From the NCBI GenBank assembly GCA_963703955.1, contig CAVPGK010000001.1:1-64000 (forward strand): 64,000 nucleotides of DNA, in the 5' to 3' direction. The notes under the pieces were generated by a model. It saw only the letters and a list, made by a program, of their open reading frames with translations. It did no database searches and was not told the DNA's origin. Both the position numbers and the translations under genes were made by a program. How positions within the stretch are numbered: position 1 is the first letter of the stretch; every line of letters starts with the position of its first letter. Below, in pieces: positions 10,649-20,719 of the stretch. Source of the stretch: Nitrospirota bacterium. Lineage in GTDB: Bacteria > Nitrospirota > Nitrospiria > Nitrospirales > Nitrospiraceae.

Positions 10649-11281
10649 GTGGAGCCGACCGACTTCTTTGAAACAGAAGCCCAGAGGTGCGGGTACCAGT
10701 TCGTGGCTGGTCTGGATGAGGCCGGCCGGGGCCCGCTGGCTGGTCCTGTGGTCGCGGCCGTCGTCGTTCTTCCACGCCGGTGCACGCTCCGGGGCCTCAA
10801 CGATTCAAAGCAGGTCGCCGAGGCTGAACGCGAGCGGCTCTATATCGAGATATCCAAACGCGCTCTCGGCATCGGGATCGCTTACGCCACCGAGCGGGAG
10901 ATCGACACTCTGAATATCGTGCAGGCCACTCGGTTGGCCATGAGTCGAGCAATCCAGGCGCTTCCCCGATCGCCGGACATCTTGTTGATCGATGCGTTGA
11001 CCCTTCCGTCGGTTCGACTCCCTCAACGGCCGATCATCAAGGGTGATGGGTTCTCGGTGTCCATCGCAGCGGCGTCCATTCTGGCCAAGGTGAGCCGAGA
11101 CCGCCTGATGTGTGAGTATCACCGGCTCTATCCTCACTATAATTTCCGGTCCCACAAAGGGTACGCGACGCCTGAACATCTGCGTCTCCTCGCCCGGTAT
11201 GGTCCTTCTGATATTCACCGGCAGACCTTTCGCCCTGTGCTCGACGTCCGAACAGACGACGAGTGGGAGATGATGACGTGA
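10649..11281 (+). CDS. rnhB: Ribonuclease HII
   Basis: GLDEAGRGPLAGPV, DSK, IKGD...SIAAASILAKV.RD, HKGY. Confidence 0.96.
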   Translation: MEPTDFFETEAQRCGYQFVAGLDEAGRGPLAGPVVAAVVVLPRRCTLRGLNDSKQVAEAERERLYIEISKRALGIGIAYATEREIDTLNIVQATRLAMSRAIQALPRSPDILLIDALTLPSVRLPQRPIIKGDGFSVSIAAASILAKVSRDRLMCEYHRLYPHYNFRSHKGYATPEHLRLLARYGPSDIHRQTFRPVLDVRTDDEWEMMT

Positions 11282-11664
11282 ATCTCGTCACCCGGACGTT
11301 CGGCCAGATCGGCGAAGCGGAAGCGGAGCGATACCTGCGGCGAAAGGGCTATCGCATCCTCGAACGCAATGTCCGGTCGTCCTTCGGAGAATTGGATCTG
11401 GTGGCGCAGCGGGACCACGTCTTGGTATTCGTCGAGGTCAAGGCCCGACGGACTGCCACCTATGGCGGCGCGCCGTACGCCGTCACGGGACGGAAGCAAG
11501 CCAAGCTAGTCAAGCTCGCGGCGCACTATCTTGCTCAACACGGCCTGAGGAAGCAGGTCTGTCGTTTCGACGTCGTGCTCTGTACGGAAGGCGCGACGGG
11601 GCAGTTGGACATTGAGCATATCGAGCATGCCTTTGAAGTACCGGGAGAGGAGTTACAATGGTGA
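11278..11664 (+). CDS. yraN: YraN/UPF0102 family putative endonuclease
   Basis: GE..A..YL..KGY.ILERN, GELDLVA, FVEVKAR, RFDV. Confidence 0.92.
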   Translation: MNLVTRTFGQIGEAEAERYLRRKGYRILERNVRSSFGELDLVAQRDHVLVFVEVKARRTATYGGAPYAVTGRKQAKLVKLAAHYLAQHGLRKQVCRFDVVLCTEGATGQLDIEHIEHAFEVPGEELQW

Positions 11665-11770
11665 GGGAGAAGATTTCGAGGAGGGGCCAGGTCGGCCCGT
11701 TGCTGCAGGAGCGAATTCGTAACACTGAATGTGGAGAAGGAGAGAGGAAACCGCAGGGCCGACTGGGGTA

Positions 11771-12439
11771 ATGATCCAGCTTTTCCATGTCTCCAAGTAT
11801 TATGACCGACGGCCGGCTCTCATCGATGTCACCCTCCAGGTCGAGAAGGGAGAGTTTGTCTTGCTCATGGGACCCAGCGGGGCCGGCAAGACCACCTTGC
11901 TGAAATTGCTATTTTGTTCGGAATCGCCGGATGAAGGCCAGATCCTGATCCAGAATCGGAATATCGCGCGGCTGCGGGCATCGGAGGTTCCCTATCTCCG
12001 GCGGAGAATGGGATTTGTCTTCCAAGATTTTCGGTTGCTGCCCAAGAAAACCGTGTTCGATAATGTGGCAATGCCGCTTCTGGTTCAAGGCGCATCCCGG
12101 TACGACACGCGCCGAAAGGTGATGGAGGCCTTAAAGGCGGTCGGGGTTGAACATCGAAAAGAAAGCCGCCCCGCAGCCCTGTCGGCAGGGGAACAGCAAC
12201 GTGTCTGCATTGCTCGGGCAATCGTCAACGGGCCGATCATGCTGCTGGCAGATGAGCCGACCGGCAACATGGATCCGGCGTTGGCCGAAGAGATCATGTC
12301 GCTGTTCAAGGTGATCAACGCTCGAGGGACGACCGTCCTGATCGCGACCCACAACCGACAGGTCGTCGATCAGGTCAAGCGGCGGGTGGTCACGCTGTAT
12401 CAAGGGAAGCTGGTCTCTGATGAAGGGCCCGGGCAATGA
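11771..12439 (+). CDS. ftsE: Cell division ATP-binding protein FtsE
   Basis: GPSGAGKTT, VFQDFRLL, GEQQRV.IARA, LADEPTGN.D; upstream of ftsX. Confidence 0.95.
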   Translation: MIQLFHVSKYYDRRPALIDVTLQVEKGEFVLLMGPSGAGKTTLLKLLFCSESPDEGQILIQNRNIARLRASEVPYLRRRMGFVFQDFRLLPKKTVFDNVAMPLLVQGASRYDTRRKVMEALKAVGVEHRKESRPAALSAGEQQRVCIARAIVNGPIMLLADEPTGNMDPALAEEIMSLFKVINARGTTVLIATHNRQVVDQVKRRVVTLYQGKLVSDEGPGQ

Positions 12440-13338
12440 GGCGGATCATTTATCTTGTCAAAGAAGCGTTGGCGAACATCCGTCTGAATCGGACGACTAC
12501 GATCATCGCGGTCGCGACGACGGCCTTCACCCTGGCGTGTTTCGGTGTGTTCCTTCTGCTGTATGTGAACCTGCGGGGGATCGCTCGATCGCTGCAGGAG
12601 GACATTAAAGTGATGGTGTACCTGAGCGATGATCTGTCGGCGGATGCGCTGTCGGATCTCCAGCAGCGCCTGAAAGGCGAGCGAGAGGTGGCAGCCATCT
12701 CTTATCTGTCGAAGGACCAAGCGCTGGCTGATTTTCGCGAGCAGTTCCCTTCCGAGCATCATTTGTTGCAGGGGTTAGGTGAAAATCCCTTGCCGGCCTC
12801 CCTCGTGGTCACGGTAGCCCCCCAATTCCGATCATCCGAATCGGTCCGGCGGTGGGCGGAACGGTTGAAAACCGTACCAGGTGTGGCGCAGGTCCAGTAC
12901 AATCAGGATTGGATCGAGAGTTTGGGGGCGATCGTCGGGTATATTGAATTGGCCTCAGTGGCGGTCGGCACGGTGCTGTCGGCGGCCTCGATCACGATCA
13001 TTGCGAATACGATCCGCCTGGCCCTGTATGCTCGGCGCGCGGAGATTGAAATCATGCGGCTGATCGGCGCGACCGGCGCCTTCATCAAGATCCCCTACCT
13101 CTTAGAGGGGGCGATCCTGGGGGCCGTAGGGGGAGCCTTGTCCCTGTCTTTACTGAAGGCTGGGTTTGAATTCTTTAAACTGCAGCTTGGGTCGCCGGGG
13201 CGGTTGTTGGGAGTCGGAACCGGGTTCAGCTTTTTCCCGGGCCATATGTCGTTTCTGATCGTGCTCGCTGGCCTGGTGCTGGGCTCAGTCGGGAGTTTTG
13301 TCTCGCTCTTTGCGTTCGAAAGGGCCCGATCGCGATGA
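12436..13338 (+). CDS. ftsX: Cell division permease FtsX
   Basis: NPLPAS, IANTIRL...RRAEIEIMRLIGAT..FI..P. Confidence 0.95.
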   Translation: MRRIIYLVKEALANIRLNRTTTIIAVATTAFTLACFGVFLLLYVNLRGIARSLQEDIKVMVYLSDDLSADALSDLQQRLKGEREVAAISYLSKDQALADFREQFPSEHHLLQGLGENPLPASLVVTVAPQFRSSESVRRWAERLKTVPGVAQVQYNQDWIESLGAIVGYIELASVAVGTVLSAASITIIANTIRLALYARRAEIEIMRLIGATGAFIKIPYLLEGAILGAVGGALSLSLLKAGFEFFKLQLGSPGRLLGVGTGFSFFPGHMSFLIVLAGLVLGSVGSFVSLFAFERARSR

Positions 13339-14549
13339 CCGCGACGCAGGGTCTGTTCGCCGGCGCGATCGTAATCGGAATCCTGCTTGGCGCTGGATCG
13401 GCATCTTCCGTGTGGGCGACGAAGGACCGGAGCGATCCGCTTTCCAAGAAAATCGAAAAAGAGCGTCGGGCGCTGGAGAGGATTAAGGATGAGATCGAAG
13501 AAAAAAAGAAACATGTTCAGGAGACCGAGAAGAAAAAGGAGTCGGTGCTTCAGGCCATTCAGGACCTCGATGGCCGCCTGATGCAGAGTCGACAGGAACG
13601 GCAGAATATCAATCGCAAGTTGAAGGTAAAAGACCGAGAAATTGAGGAGATCAATGCACAGTTAAGCGCGCTCTATCAGGGCATTGGCCAGCGCCGCCGG
13701 TCGATTCTGGCTCGGATGCGGGTGCAGTACATGGAAGGGCGGTTCGGGTATCTCAAGGCGCTCTTGGCATCGAGCAACTACGAAAGCCTTCAGCGACGCT
13801 TTCAGTACCTTTCGGCGGTCTCCGAACGGGAGTATGATTTAATCCAATCGTACCAAGAAGATGCGAGCCGACTGGAAAAGATGGAGCGCCAGCGGGCCAA
13901 CGTTCGGAACGAGATGATGGTCTTCAAGCTGAACACGGAGAAAAAACTCGCAGAGATCCAGGGGCTTAAACGGCAGAAAAACGTGTATCTTACCAGGATC
14001 ATCCAGGAGAAAGAATCGTATGACCGGGCGGTGGCGGAGTTGGAACGCTCGGCGTCTCGCGTCGACGGTTTGCTGAAGGAGCTCGAGCAGAGACGAAGGG
14101 CCACTGCCATGATACCGAAAAGGGATGGCGGCGTCGGGCGACCCCAGCCGTTCAAGGGCGTGTTGCAATGGCCGGCCAACGGCGAGGTGGTGTCCTTCTT
14201 CGGCAGGCAGAAGCATCCCACCTTCGAAACGTATGTGCAACGCAAAGGCATCGAAATTCGGACGGAAGAGGGCAGCGCGATCCGAGCGGTGATGGCGGGG
14301 ACGGTGGTCTACGCGGATTGGTTGAAGGGGTATGGGCTCGTGCTGATCTTGGATCATCTCAACGGGTTTTTCTCCCTCTATGCTCACGCGTCCACATTGC
14401 TGGTGAAGGTTGGAGAATATGTGACCACGAGCCATGTGATCGGCGAAACAGGAGATACGGGACTGACCGGCGAAAATACTCTATACTTTGAATTGCGCGA
14501 GGGAGCGGAGCCGGTCGATCCGCTTTTGTGGCTGGCGAAACGCCGATAG
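13335..14549 (+). CDS. envC: EnvC-like murein hydrolase activator (coiled coil + degenerate M23)
   Basis: Long coiled coil; WP..G...FG, KGIEI, ADWLKGYG, LYFELR. Confidence 0.9.
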   Translation: MTATQGLFAGAIVIGILLGAGSASSVWATKDRSDPLSKKIEKERRALERIKDEIEEKKKHVQETEKKKESVLQAIQDLDGRLMQSRQERQNINRKLKVKDREIEEINAQLSALYQGIGQRRRSILARMRVQYMEGRFGYLKALLASSNYESLQRRFQYLSAVSEREYDLIQSYQEDASRLEKMERQRANVRNEMMVFKLNTEKKLAEIQGLKRQKNVYLTRIIQEKESYDRAVAELERSASRVDGLLKELEQRRRATAMIPKRDGGVGRPQPFKGVLQWPANGEVVSFFGRQKHPTFETYVQRKGIEIRTEEGSAIRAVMAGTVVYADWLKGYGLVLILDHLNGFFSLYAHASTLLVKVGEYVTTSHVIGETGDTGLTGENTLYFELREGAEPVDPLLWLAKRR

Positions 14550-14553
14550 GCTA

Positions 14554-14677
14554 CAGGATGCTGAAAAAGGTCCCGAACTTCGTTCTCGCCTCAAAGAATC
14601 CTCAACCTAGCCCAGAGGCTACGCCTCCGGTTTTTTTCCGGCTGCAGCCTCATTGGATGGCCTTTGTGAGCATCCTG
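14554..14677 (+). mobile_element. MITE-like repeat, copy 1
   Basis: TIRs CAGGATGCTGAAAAAGG / CCTTTGTGAGCATCCTG; alignable with 25515-25638 and 29156-29254. Confidence 0.8.
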
Positions 14678-14730
14678 TTGAACTGGAACCTCTTCGACCC
14701 GACAATTCTCGTGGAAAGGATGTAATGGTT

Positions 14731-16080
14731 ATGGAACAGGAACGGCGGCGCGGATCGTGGTATCTGGGATCCCTCATCGTCATCACCCTGATCGTCGGTT
14801 TCGTGATCGGGAAGGGATGGGAACGCACGGTGCAGGCGACCGAGACCTACGAGGAATTGAAAACGTTCTCGGAGGTCCTGACTCAGATTCAGAAACATTA
14901 CGTAGAGGAGGCTAAGGTCAAGGATCTCGTCCAAGGGGCGATCCGGGGCATGCTGTCGACGTTAGACCCGCACTCGGCCTACATGACGCCCGAAATGTAC
15001 AAGGAGATTCAGGTTGAGACGAAGGGCGAGTTTGGAGGGGTAGGGATTCAGATCGGTATCAAGGACAATCGCCTCGCTGTGATTGCGCCGATTGAAGGCA
15101 CACCCGCGCAGAAAGCGGGGATTCGGGCGGGGGACTTCATTACCAAGGTCAATGATGAGACCACCAAAGATCTCACCCTCATGGAAGCCGTCCAGAAGAT
15201 GCGCGGGGCGAAGGGCACCAAGGTCAACCTCACGATTCAGCGAGAAGGCGTCACCGATCCGCTCGTGTTTACCCTCATCCGCGATACCATTCGCATCGAG
15301 AGCGTGCGCTCCAAATCAATGGACAACAATATCGCATATATTCGACTCACGCAGTTTCAGGAGTCAACGGGTAAGGATCTGAGTAAGGCCCTGAAACAGT
15401 TTCGTGAACAGAAAGCGACCTCAACGATCCTTGACCTCCGTAATAATCCGGGAGGTCTTCTGACGTCCGCGGTCGAGGTCTCTGAGCAATTCGTGGGGTC
15501 CGGGAAGCTGATCGTCTCGATCAAGAGCCGGGATGGAAAAAAGGACGAGTATATGTCCCGGGCGAAGGATCAGTTGGAAGACCATCCGATGATCGTGTTG
15601 GTGAATGAAGGCTCGGCGAGCGCGTCGGAGATCGTGGCTGGCGCTCTTCAAGATTGGGGAAGAGCCGTCATCATCGGCACGACAACCTTTGGAAAAGGGT
15701 CGGTCCAGACGATCCTACCTTTGGGCGACGGGTCTGGACTGCGGCTGACCACCGCCAAATATTACACGCCCAAGGGGCGATCGATCCAATCGACCGGGAT
15801 TACACCTGACATCGTGGTGAAGCCCCAGCAAGTCGCAGTCGCCAAGGCCGATGAGAAGGAAAAGGACAAGGGCAAAGAGGGCGAAGGTCGGGCGACGAAA
15901 CCTAAAGAAACCGCGCCGCAATCATCGCCGCCTAAGCCAGGCGATGAGCCCGCTCCTAAGAGCAATGGTGCCATGATAGAACCTCTCGGAGAAGGACCGA
16001 TTGAAGAGGATGCACAACTTCAGAAGGCGGTGGAATTGCTGAAGACGTGGAAGATCTTCAAGGAACTGCGTCCGTTGTAA
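14731..16080 (+). CDS. ctpA: Carboxyl-terminal processing protease (S41)
   Basis: LDPHS, PDZ, DLRNNPGG, SASASEIVAGALQD, TFGKGSVQ. Confidence 0.95.
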   Translation: MEQERRRGSWYLGSLIVITLIVGFVIGKGWERTVQATETYEELKTFSEVLTQIQKHYVEEAKVKDLVQGAIRGMLSTLDPHSAYMTPEMYKEIQVETKGEFGGVGIQIGIKDNRLAVIAPIEGTPAQKAGIRAGDFITKVNDETTKDLTLMEAVQKMRGAKGTKVNLTIQREGVTDPLVFTLIRDTIRIESVRSKSMDNNIAYIRLTQFQESTGKDLSKALKQFREQKATSTILDLRNNPGGLLTSAVEVSEQFVGSGKLIVSIKSRDGKKDEYMSRAKDQLEDHPMIVLVNEGSASASEIVAGALQDWGRAVIIGTTTFGKGSVQTILPLGDGSGLRLTTAKYYTPKGRSIQSTGITPDIVVKPQQVAVAKADEKEKDKGKEGEGRATKPKETAPQSSPPKPGDEPAPKSNGAMIEPLGEGPIEEDAQLQKAVELLKTWKIFKELRPL

Positions 16081-16229
16081 GTCTATCCTGCTTCGCAGAA
16101 GATAGAGAAGGGTGGTCGGGTGAGTGCCGTGTGTTGTGCACAGAGCCGGCTGGACCATCCTTCTGCTTTCTTCGAAGGTCCGACCGCCCCTGTATCAGGG
16201 AAAACTGAGATATTGCGACAGCTACAGGA

Positions 16230-16709
16230 TCAAGGCGTGGATTTCATAGCGTCAATGGCGGCGAGCAATTCCTCATCCGATGCGGTCACCCCTGGTAGAG
16301 TGCGCAAGAGGTGAGAACGTACCAGCAGTTCAAGGTCAGACACGGTGTGGATCCCGAGTTTGAAGTACAGGTGCTGGACAACGGTTTCCGACAGGCCCGG
16401 GAGTTTCGTCCAGGCTGCAATCTCGGGGGGAAGCGGAGTCTTCAGTCTTTCAAAGGCTTGGATCGTTCCGGTCTTGAGGAATTCTTCGATCTTGGCGGCA
16501 AGATCGCGGCCGATCCAGGGAAGTTCCCGTAGAGCTCCACGGTGGGCGACCACGCCCACATCTTCGTCGAGGCGGAGGAGGGTATCCGCCCCGCGCCGAT
16601 AGGCCTTAATCCGGTGAGGATTCTCCCTTCTGGCTTCCAGAAGATCGGCGATCGATTGAAGCAGCGCAGCCAGGGATCGGTTCCCGTGGATCGGCCCATC
16701 AGAGTGCAT
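16230..16709 (-). CDS. Stand-alone PolX N-terminal helix-hairpin-helix domain protein
   Basis: IADLLEA..ENPHRIKAYRRGA, LPWIG..LAAKIEEF..TG, LPGL...V..LY..LGI; no polymerase or PHP domains. Confidence 0.75.
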   Translation of the reverse strand: MHSDGPIHGNRSLAALLQSIADLLEARRENPHRIKAYRRGADTLLRLDEDVGVVAHRGALRELPWIGRDLAAKIEEFLKTGTIQAFERLKTPLPPEIAAWTKLPGLSETVVQHLYFKLGIHTVSDLELLVRSHLLRTLPGVTASDEELLAAIDAMKSTP

Positions 16710-16778
16710 GTACTCCTCGCTTCCGATGCTACTATAAAATGAGAAGCCGATGAGGTCCAGGCGTGCCTGAGCTGTTTA

Positions 16779-16808
16779 TTGACAAGCGATTCAATCGTCC
16801 CCTAGGAT
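16779..16808 (+). promoter_or_regulatory. Sigma70-like promoter for thiSGE with a palindrome in the spacer
   Basis: TTGACA-18-TAGGAT; CGATTcAATCG in the spacer. Confidence 0.6.
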
Positions 16809-16866
16809 GACTCGAGCAGTGAAATGGCAAGGAGCCTGAGATGGCGAAGGAAGTTGAGCCCCACCA

Positions 16867-17064
16867 ATGCAGATCCAGCTCAACGGTGAGCCTCGAATGA
16901 TGACCGGTGAGGGCACGGTCGCTGACCTGCTCCGTGAGCTGGAGATTCGTCCCGACCGTGTTGCCGTGGAGATCAATTTGGAGATTGTGGACCGTCAGGA
17001 GTTCGACCGGCGCGTGCTGCGAGAAGGAGATCGGGTCGAAGTCATCAGTTTCATCGGTGGCGGG
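16867..17064 (+). CDS. thiS: Sulfur carrier protein ThiS (66-aa core; the frame as given reads on to 17223)
   Basis: MQIQLNGE...VAVEINLEIV...EGDRVEVISFIGGG; upstream of thiG. Confidence 0.9.
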
Positions 17065-17076
17065 GTAGAGGGGAGG

Positions 17077-17257
17077 GGGGGTGGCGCAAGGCTGCCGCGT
17101 GTGCTCCGGAGCGCGCACATTTTCACCCACCCGCCCAGGCGCGCCAAGACGTGCCCCTTCCCGGGCAGAATGTGCTCGCTTCGGGAAGGGGCGCGTCTTG
17201 GCGCGCCTGGGGTGGGTGGGTGAAATGGCCGCAGTGGCGGCAGCCTCGCACCACCCC
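17077..17257. repeat. Nested long inverted repeat (REPIN-like)
   Basis: Inner ~43-bp arms 17121-17163 / 17182-17225; outer ~21-bp arms ggggtggcgcaaggctgccgc / gcggcagcctcgcaccacccc. Confidence 0.9.
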
Positions 17258-17321
17258 GCTAAGAAGGTGATAGTGAATAAGAGTCAATAAATCGTCTGAT
17301 GTGTTGTTGAACAGGTGAAAT

Positions 17322-18107
17322 ATGCATCAAAATGAACAGAATGATCGGTTGACGATAGCGGGACGTGAGTTCAAATCGCGATTGTGGGTCGGGACCGGTA
17401 AGTACAAGGATTTTGTCGAGACGAAGAAGGCTATCGAAGCGTCAGGCGCGGATGTGGTCACGGTGGCGGTCCGCCGTGTTAATATCATCGATCGATCGAA
17501 AGAAAACCTCCTCGACTATCTGGATCCGAAACGGCACATCATTTTGCCGAATACGGCCGGGTGTTATTCGGTCGAAGATGCCCTGCGCTATGCGCGTCTG
17601 GCTCGTGCCGCCGGTGTGTCGGACCTTATCAAGCTCGAAGTGCTCGGCGACGAACGAACGTTATTTCCGGATACCGTCGGTCTGCTCGAAGCGGCAAAGA
17701 TCCTGGTCAAGGAAGGCTTTGTCGTCCTGCCGTACACGAACGACGATCCGATCGTCGCGCAGAAGCTCGTCGATATCGGGTGTCCAGCCGTGATGCCACT
17801 GGCTGCGCCGATCGGCTCAGGCCTGGGCATTCGCAATCCGTATAACCTCAAGATAATCTTGGAAACCGTCAAGGTTCCTGTGATCGTCGATGCCGGAGTC
17901 GGCACCGCATCGGATGCAGCGCTTGCCATGGAGTACGGGTGTGACGCGGTCCTGATGAATACGGCTATTGCAGGGGCCAAGGATCCGATCGCCATGGCCG
18001 AGGCGATGAAGTACGCGGTCGAGGCCGGGCGGTTAGCCTACAAAGCCGGCCGCATTCCAAGAAAGTTGTATGCGACGGCGAGCAGCCCGATCGAAGGTAT
18101 GCTCTAG
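17322..18107 (+). CDS. thiG: Thiazole synthase
   Basis: [36 protein letters not shown]. Confidence 0.97.
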   Translation: MHQNEQNDRLTIAGREFKSRLWVGTGKYKDFVETKKAIEASGADVVTVAVRRVNIIDRSKENLLDYLDPKRHIILPNTAGCYSVEDALRYARLARAAGVSDLIKLEVLGDERTLFPDTVGLLEAAKILVKEGFVVLPYTNDDPIVAQKLVDIGCPAVMPLAAPIGSGLGIRNPYNLKIILETVKVPVIVDAGVGTASDAALAMEYGCDAVLMNTAIAGAKDPIAMAEAMKYAVEAGRLAYKAGRIPRKLYATASSPIEGML

Positions 18108-18179
18108 CTGTTCGCTAATTCCCCGGTTGTCAGTTTTGAGTTATGAGTTACACTCAGTACTCAAGACTCTCATTGAAGA

Positions 18180-18812
18180 ATGCCGCGCGTTGATTTTCCC
18201 CTGTATCTGGTGACGGATCGGACTCAGACTCTTGACCGACCGCTGGTTCAGGTGATCGATCAGGCATTGCGTGCGGGACTTCGGGCCGTTCAGCTTCGCG
18301 AGAAGGACCTCGATACTCGTTCGGTGTTACGGCTCGCCGAGGATCTGCTCTGCCTTACGCGTGCCGGCAAGTCGTTGTTGCTCATCAATGATCGGGTAGA
18401 TCTCGTGCTTGCGCTTGGGGCCGACGGAGTCCACTTGCCTGCCGGCAGCATGCCGGTGGCGGTGGCTCGTCGGCTGCTCGGGCCCGACCGGTTCATCGGA
18501 GTCTCCGGGCATTCCGCTGATGAGGTCCTGGCAGCCGGCTCAGAGGGCGCTGATTTTGCGGTTCTGGGTCCTATTTACGATACACCGTCAAAGCGCGCGT
18601 ACGGTCCGCCCATCGGTCTTCGCCCGCTTGAAGAAGCGAGTCGACGAACCACGATTCCGATTTTAGCCATCGGGGGCATTACACTATCACGCATCGGCGA
18701 AGTTCGGCGAGCCGGAGCCTTCGGCGTGGCGGTGGTATCGTCGATCTTGTCTGCGCGTGACGTGGAATCCTCGACTCGACGCCTGGCGGAGGCGCTCGCC
18801 GGCTCGGAATGA
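18180..18812 (+). CDS. thiE: Thiamine-phosphate synthase
   Basis: LYLVTD, QLREK, INDR.D, DGVHL, TPSK, AIGGI. Confidence 0.93.
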   Translation: MPRVDFPLYLVTDRTQTLDRPLVQVIDQALRAGLRAVQLREKDLDTRSVLRLAEDLLCLTRAGKSLLLINDRVDLVLALGADGVHLPAGSMPVAVARRLLGPDRFIGVSGHSADEVLAAGSEGADFAVLGPIYDTPSKRAYGPPIGLRPLEEASRRTTIPILAIGGITLSRIGEVRRAGAFGVAVVSSILSARDVESSTRRLAEALAGSE

Positions 18813-18864
18813 CCAAAACAATGTGCGTGACGTTGTCGCTGGGACGTCGGGAGTCGCCGTCTAG

Positions 18865-18894
18865 TTGACCCCTCAGAAGAGTCGGTGATAAGAT
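18865..18894 (+). promoter_or_regulatory. Sigma70-like promoter for arc
   Basis: TTGACC-18-TAAGAT with an extended -10 TG. Confidence 0.5.
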
Positions 18895-18949
18895 TTGCTC
18901 AGGGTGCATGGGATCGCTTCTCAGCTTTGTACCTCAAGAGAATTGTGTG

Positions 18950-20719
18950 ATGGCGGATTCAAAGCGGAATCCCAGTCGACTCAGCTCTCTCCGTGACTCT
19001 GTCAAAAAAATTACCGAACGCTTGTCAGACGGAGATTCGGATGCCGTGAAAAAAAACGACGAATACAACCGAGAGAATGAAAAGCTCCTCATCCAAATCC
19101 AATCGATGCAGGAAGAAATCCGCCAACTGCATCACTCGCGATACCAGCTTGAGCAGGCCTCCAAGCAGAATGAAAAACTTGCCGCGACCTTGCAGGAAGC
19201 GAAAGCGCAGATCGAGGCGCTTCGGGCGGAAGTGGATAAGCTCACCGCTCCTCCGTCTACGTACGCGATTTTTTCCAGTCTAAACAGCGATGCGACGGCG
19301 AATGTGTATGTCGCCGGGCGCAAGATGAAAGTGAATGTCCACCCCTCGATTAAGGCCAAGGAACTTCGGAAGGGACAGGAGGTCATCCTCAACGAAGCCT
19401 TCAACGTGATTGAGAGTCGAGGATTTGACGGGCAGGGTGAAGTCGTTCGGTTAAAGGATACGCTCGAGGGAAAACGCGCCCTGGTCACCCTGCATTTTGA
19501 CGAAGAAAAGGTGGCTGAGTTGGCGGAGCCGCTGACGCAGCAACGACTCAGCGTCGGAGACCACCTCCTGTATGATCCGCGGTCCGGATATGTCGTTGAG
19601 AAGCTGCCGAAGTCGGAAGCCGAGGAACTGGTCTTGGAGGAAGTTCCCGATGTCGATTATGACCACATCGGCGGTTTAGCCAAAGAGATCGAACAGGTTC
19701 GCGATGCCGTCGAGTTGCCCTTCCTGCATCCCCAGCTCTTTGCCGACCATAGATTGAGCCCGCCCAAGGGGGTGCTGCTGTACGGTCCTCCCGGGTGCGG
19801 GAAAACCTTGATTGCCAAGGCCGTGGCTAATTCCATCGCAAAGAAGCTCGGGCATCTCACCGGGAAAGAGATGCGAAGCTTCTTCCTTCATGTCAAAGGG
19901 CCGGAGCTGCTCAATAAGTATGTGGGGGAGTCTGAGCGCCAGGTCAGGGAGGTGTTCAAGAAGGCCAAGGAGCGCGCGGCCGACGGGTATCCGGTCATTG
20001 TCTTTTTCGATGAGATGGACGCCTTGTTTCGAACGCGCGGATCCGGCATTTCCTCGGATGTGGAATCGACGATCGTCCCTCAGTTCCTCTCGGAAATCGA
20101 CGGCGTCGAGCGGCTTCGCAATGTGATTGTGATTGGAGCCAGCAATCGCCAGGATCTCATCGACCCGGCCGTCCTTCGCGCCGGTCGATTGGACGTCAAA
20201 ATCAAGATTTCTCGGCCCGATATGATCGGGGCGCGGGAAATCTTCTCCAAGTACGTGTTGCCTGACCTGCCGTATGCGGACGAAGAGCTGCAGCGTCATG
20301 GGGGTGACCGCCGCGCATTGGTCGACCGCTTGGTCGGGCTGACCGTGGATGCCATGTACGCGAACAGCGAAGAAAACAAGTTCTTGGAAGTGACGTATGC
20401 TAACGGGGAAAAGGAAATTCTGTACTTCAAGGATTTCGCCAGCGGGGCGTTGATCGAGGGCATCGTGGCGCGGGCCAAGAAGTATTCGGTGAAACGGACA
20501 ATTGCCAATGAAGCAAAGGGATTGAAGAGCGAGGACTTCATTCGGGCGATCCGGGAGGAATTCAAAGAGCACGAGGATCTGCCGAATACGACGAATCCGG
20601 ATGACTGGGCGAAGATCGCCGGCAAGAAGGGCGAAAAAATCGTCCATGTGAGAACGATCACTGCCGGATCGACGGAATCCCGACAGATCGAAACGATCAC
20701 CACCGGTCATTATTTCTGA
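18950..20719 (+). CDS. arc: Proteasome AAA+ ATPase ARC/Mpa
   Basis: Coiled coil + OB domains, GPPGCGKT, KGPELLNKYVGE, FFDEMD, LPNTTNPDDWA, C-terminal GHYF (HbYX). Confidence 0.97.
   Translation: MADSKRNPSRLSSLRDSVKKITERLSDGDSDAVKKNDEYNRENEKLLIQIQSMQEEIRQLHHSRYQLEQASKQNEKLAATLQEAKAQIEALRAEVDKLTAPPSTYAIFSSLNSDATANVYVAGRKMKVNVHPSIKAKELRKGQEVILNEAFNVIESRGFDGQGEVVRLKDTLEGKRALVTLHFDEEKVAELAEPLTQQRLSVGDHLLYDPRSGYVVEKLPKSEAEELVLEEVPDVDYDHIGGLAKEIEQVRDAVELPFLHPQLFADHRLSPPKGVLLYGPPGCGKTLIAKAVANSIAKKLGHLTGKEMRSFFLHVKGPELLNKYVGESERQVREVFKKAKERAADGYPVIVFFDEMDALFRTRGSGISSDVESTIVPQFLSEIDGVERLRNVIVIGASNRQDLIDPAVLRAGRLDVKIKISRPDMIGAREIFSKYVLPDLPYADEELQRHGGDRRALVDRLVGLTVDAMYANSEENKFLEVTYANGEKEILYFKDFASGALIEGIVARAKKYSVKRTIANEAKGLKSEDFIRAIREEFKEHEDLPNTTNPDDWAKIAGKKGEKIVHVRTITAGSTESRQIETITTGHYF

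Noticed and set aside
16820..16866. TPP riboswitch upstream of thiS (CTGAGA, GCGAAGGAA)
   Set aside because: Too short, and the CCTGA/TAAT core and P2-P5 pairing cannot be found.
16867..17064. ThiS acting as the missing proteasome tag
   Set aside because: PafA ligates through a C-terminal glutamate of a disordered Pup; ThiS is fully explained by thiG/thiE.
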